Below are positions 16,647-17,052 of a stretch of 17,052 bases of DNA, one piece after another; within the stretch, counting starts at the first letter, position 1; each line of letters opens with the position of its first letter. A program made the translations under genes and the position numbers. Location of the stretch: assembly GCA_965369655.1 (NCBI GenBank), contig CBDUQR010000053.1:1-17052 (forward strand), written 5' to 3'. This stretch comes from an uncultured bacterium. GTDB taxonomy: Bacteria; Zixibacteria; MSB-5A5; JAABVY01; JAHJOQ01. The notes under the pieces are model-generated. The model did not search any database, was not told the origin of the DNA, and was given only the letters and a program-made list of their open reading frames with translations.

Positions 16647-16786
16647 TTCTTGATCGTGAACTACCAACAACGGAGGTTGCTATGAGACTCTTCTCAATTC
16701 CCAGGACAGCCCACTGCAGCGAAGGTTGCCGAATCTTGTCCCGGACATGACATAAAACTGTCCATGAAGTTATTGTTCTGCTATAT

Positions 16787-16814
16787 GCAGCCTCGGTCAA
16801 GATGCCGGGGCTGC
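16787..16814. terminator. GC-rich hairpin, possible intrinsic terminator
   Basis: GCAGCCTCGG-TCAAGATG-CCGGGGCTGC with AT-rich flanks, downstream of the 16876-17001 fragment. U-tract is weak. Confidence 0.35.
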
Positions 16815-16875
16815 TTTATATTCCACCTCATCAGCGCATGGGACAAGCTTGGAACCTTATTCATTAGTTACGCTA

Positions 16876-17001
16876 TTATTCGTCATCTCTTCTGACCGCA
16901 CGCAGCTTTGTGAGCAAAGTCTCACCGTAAGGTGTCAACGTCCAATACGCTCCTGAGTCTGTCAAACTCCTACGTTTGACACTTTGCATAATGAGACCTA
17001 G
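16876..17001 (-). pseudogene. C-terminal fragment of a truncated gene (resembles the C-terminus of DUF4062-domain proteins)
   Basis: LGLIMQSVKRRSLTDSGAYWTLTPYGETLLTKLRAVRRDDE*, not in the ORF track. In-frame TAA at 17016-17014 just upstream. Family resemblance is from recall only. Confidence 0.55.
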
Positions 17002-17052
17002 TACTAACTTGTGTTAATTGGCGACATTGGGATTTTCTTTGCGTAGACCTTT

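Noticed and set aside
16650-16875. Integron attC site or small RNA
   Set aside because: No convincing RYYYAAC/GTTRRRY-bounded palindrome. Only one simple hairpin is seen.

Overview
Bacterial (diderm) chromosomal window, mostly housekeeping and metabolic genes. The minus strand carries an AT-richer hypothetical gene, ftsK, a very large LptD-like protein with extra OstA/LptA-type N-terminal regions, and a class II HDAC-family deacetylase. The plus strand carries a B12-dependent acyl-CoA mutase large subunit with isobutyryl-CoA mutase (Phe/Gln) signature residues and an SRPBCC protein. A tightly coupled minus-strand operon follows: biotin carboxylase, biotin carrier, methylmalonyl-CoA mutase large subunit (Tyr/Arg), methylmalonyl-CoA epimerase and an omptin-like outer-membrane protease. 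The richest unexplained signal is intergenic. Four gaps (about 3.4, 8.0-8.9, 11.1 and 16.4-16.6 kb) hold a modular, nested repeat system in which one shared ~16-bp terminal repeat (GAGGYTGTYYCAWAAG-like) borders two unrelated REP-doublet cargos, with small modules inserted into hairpin centres. An internally deleted REP-associated tyrosine transposase (RAYT) sits beside its own palindromes. Four genes have a sigma70-like -35/-10 box ending 7-8 nt before the ATG, suggesting leaderless mRNAs. The right edge holds a truncated gene fragment cut at a CTAG. An FCB-group origin is a guess from gene architecture only. No database searches were run; family calls rest on motifs recognised by eye.
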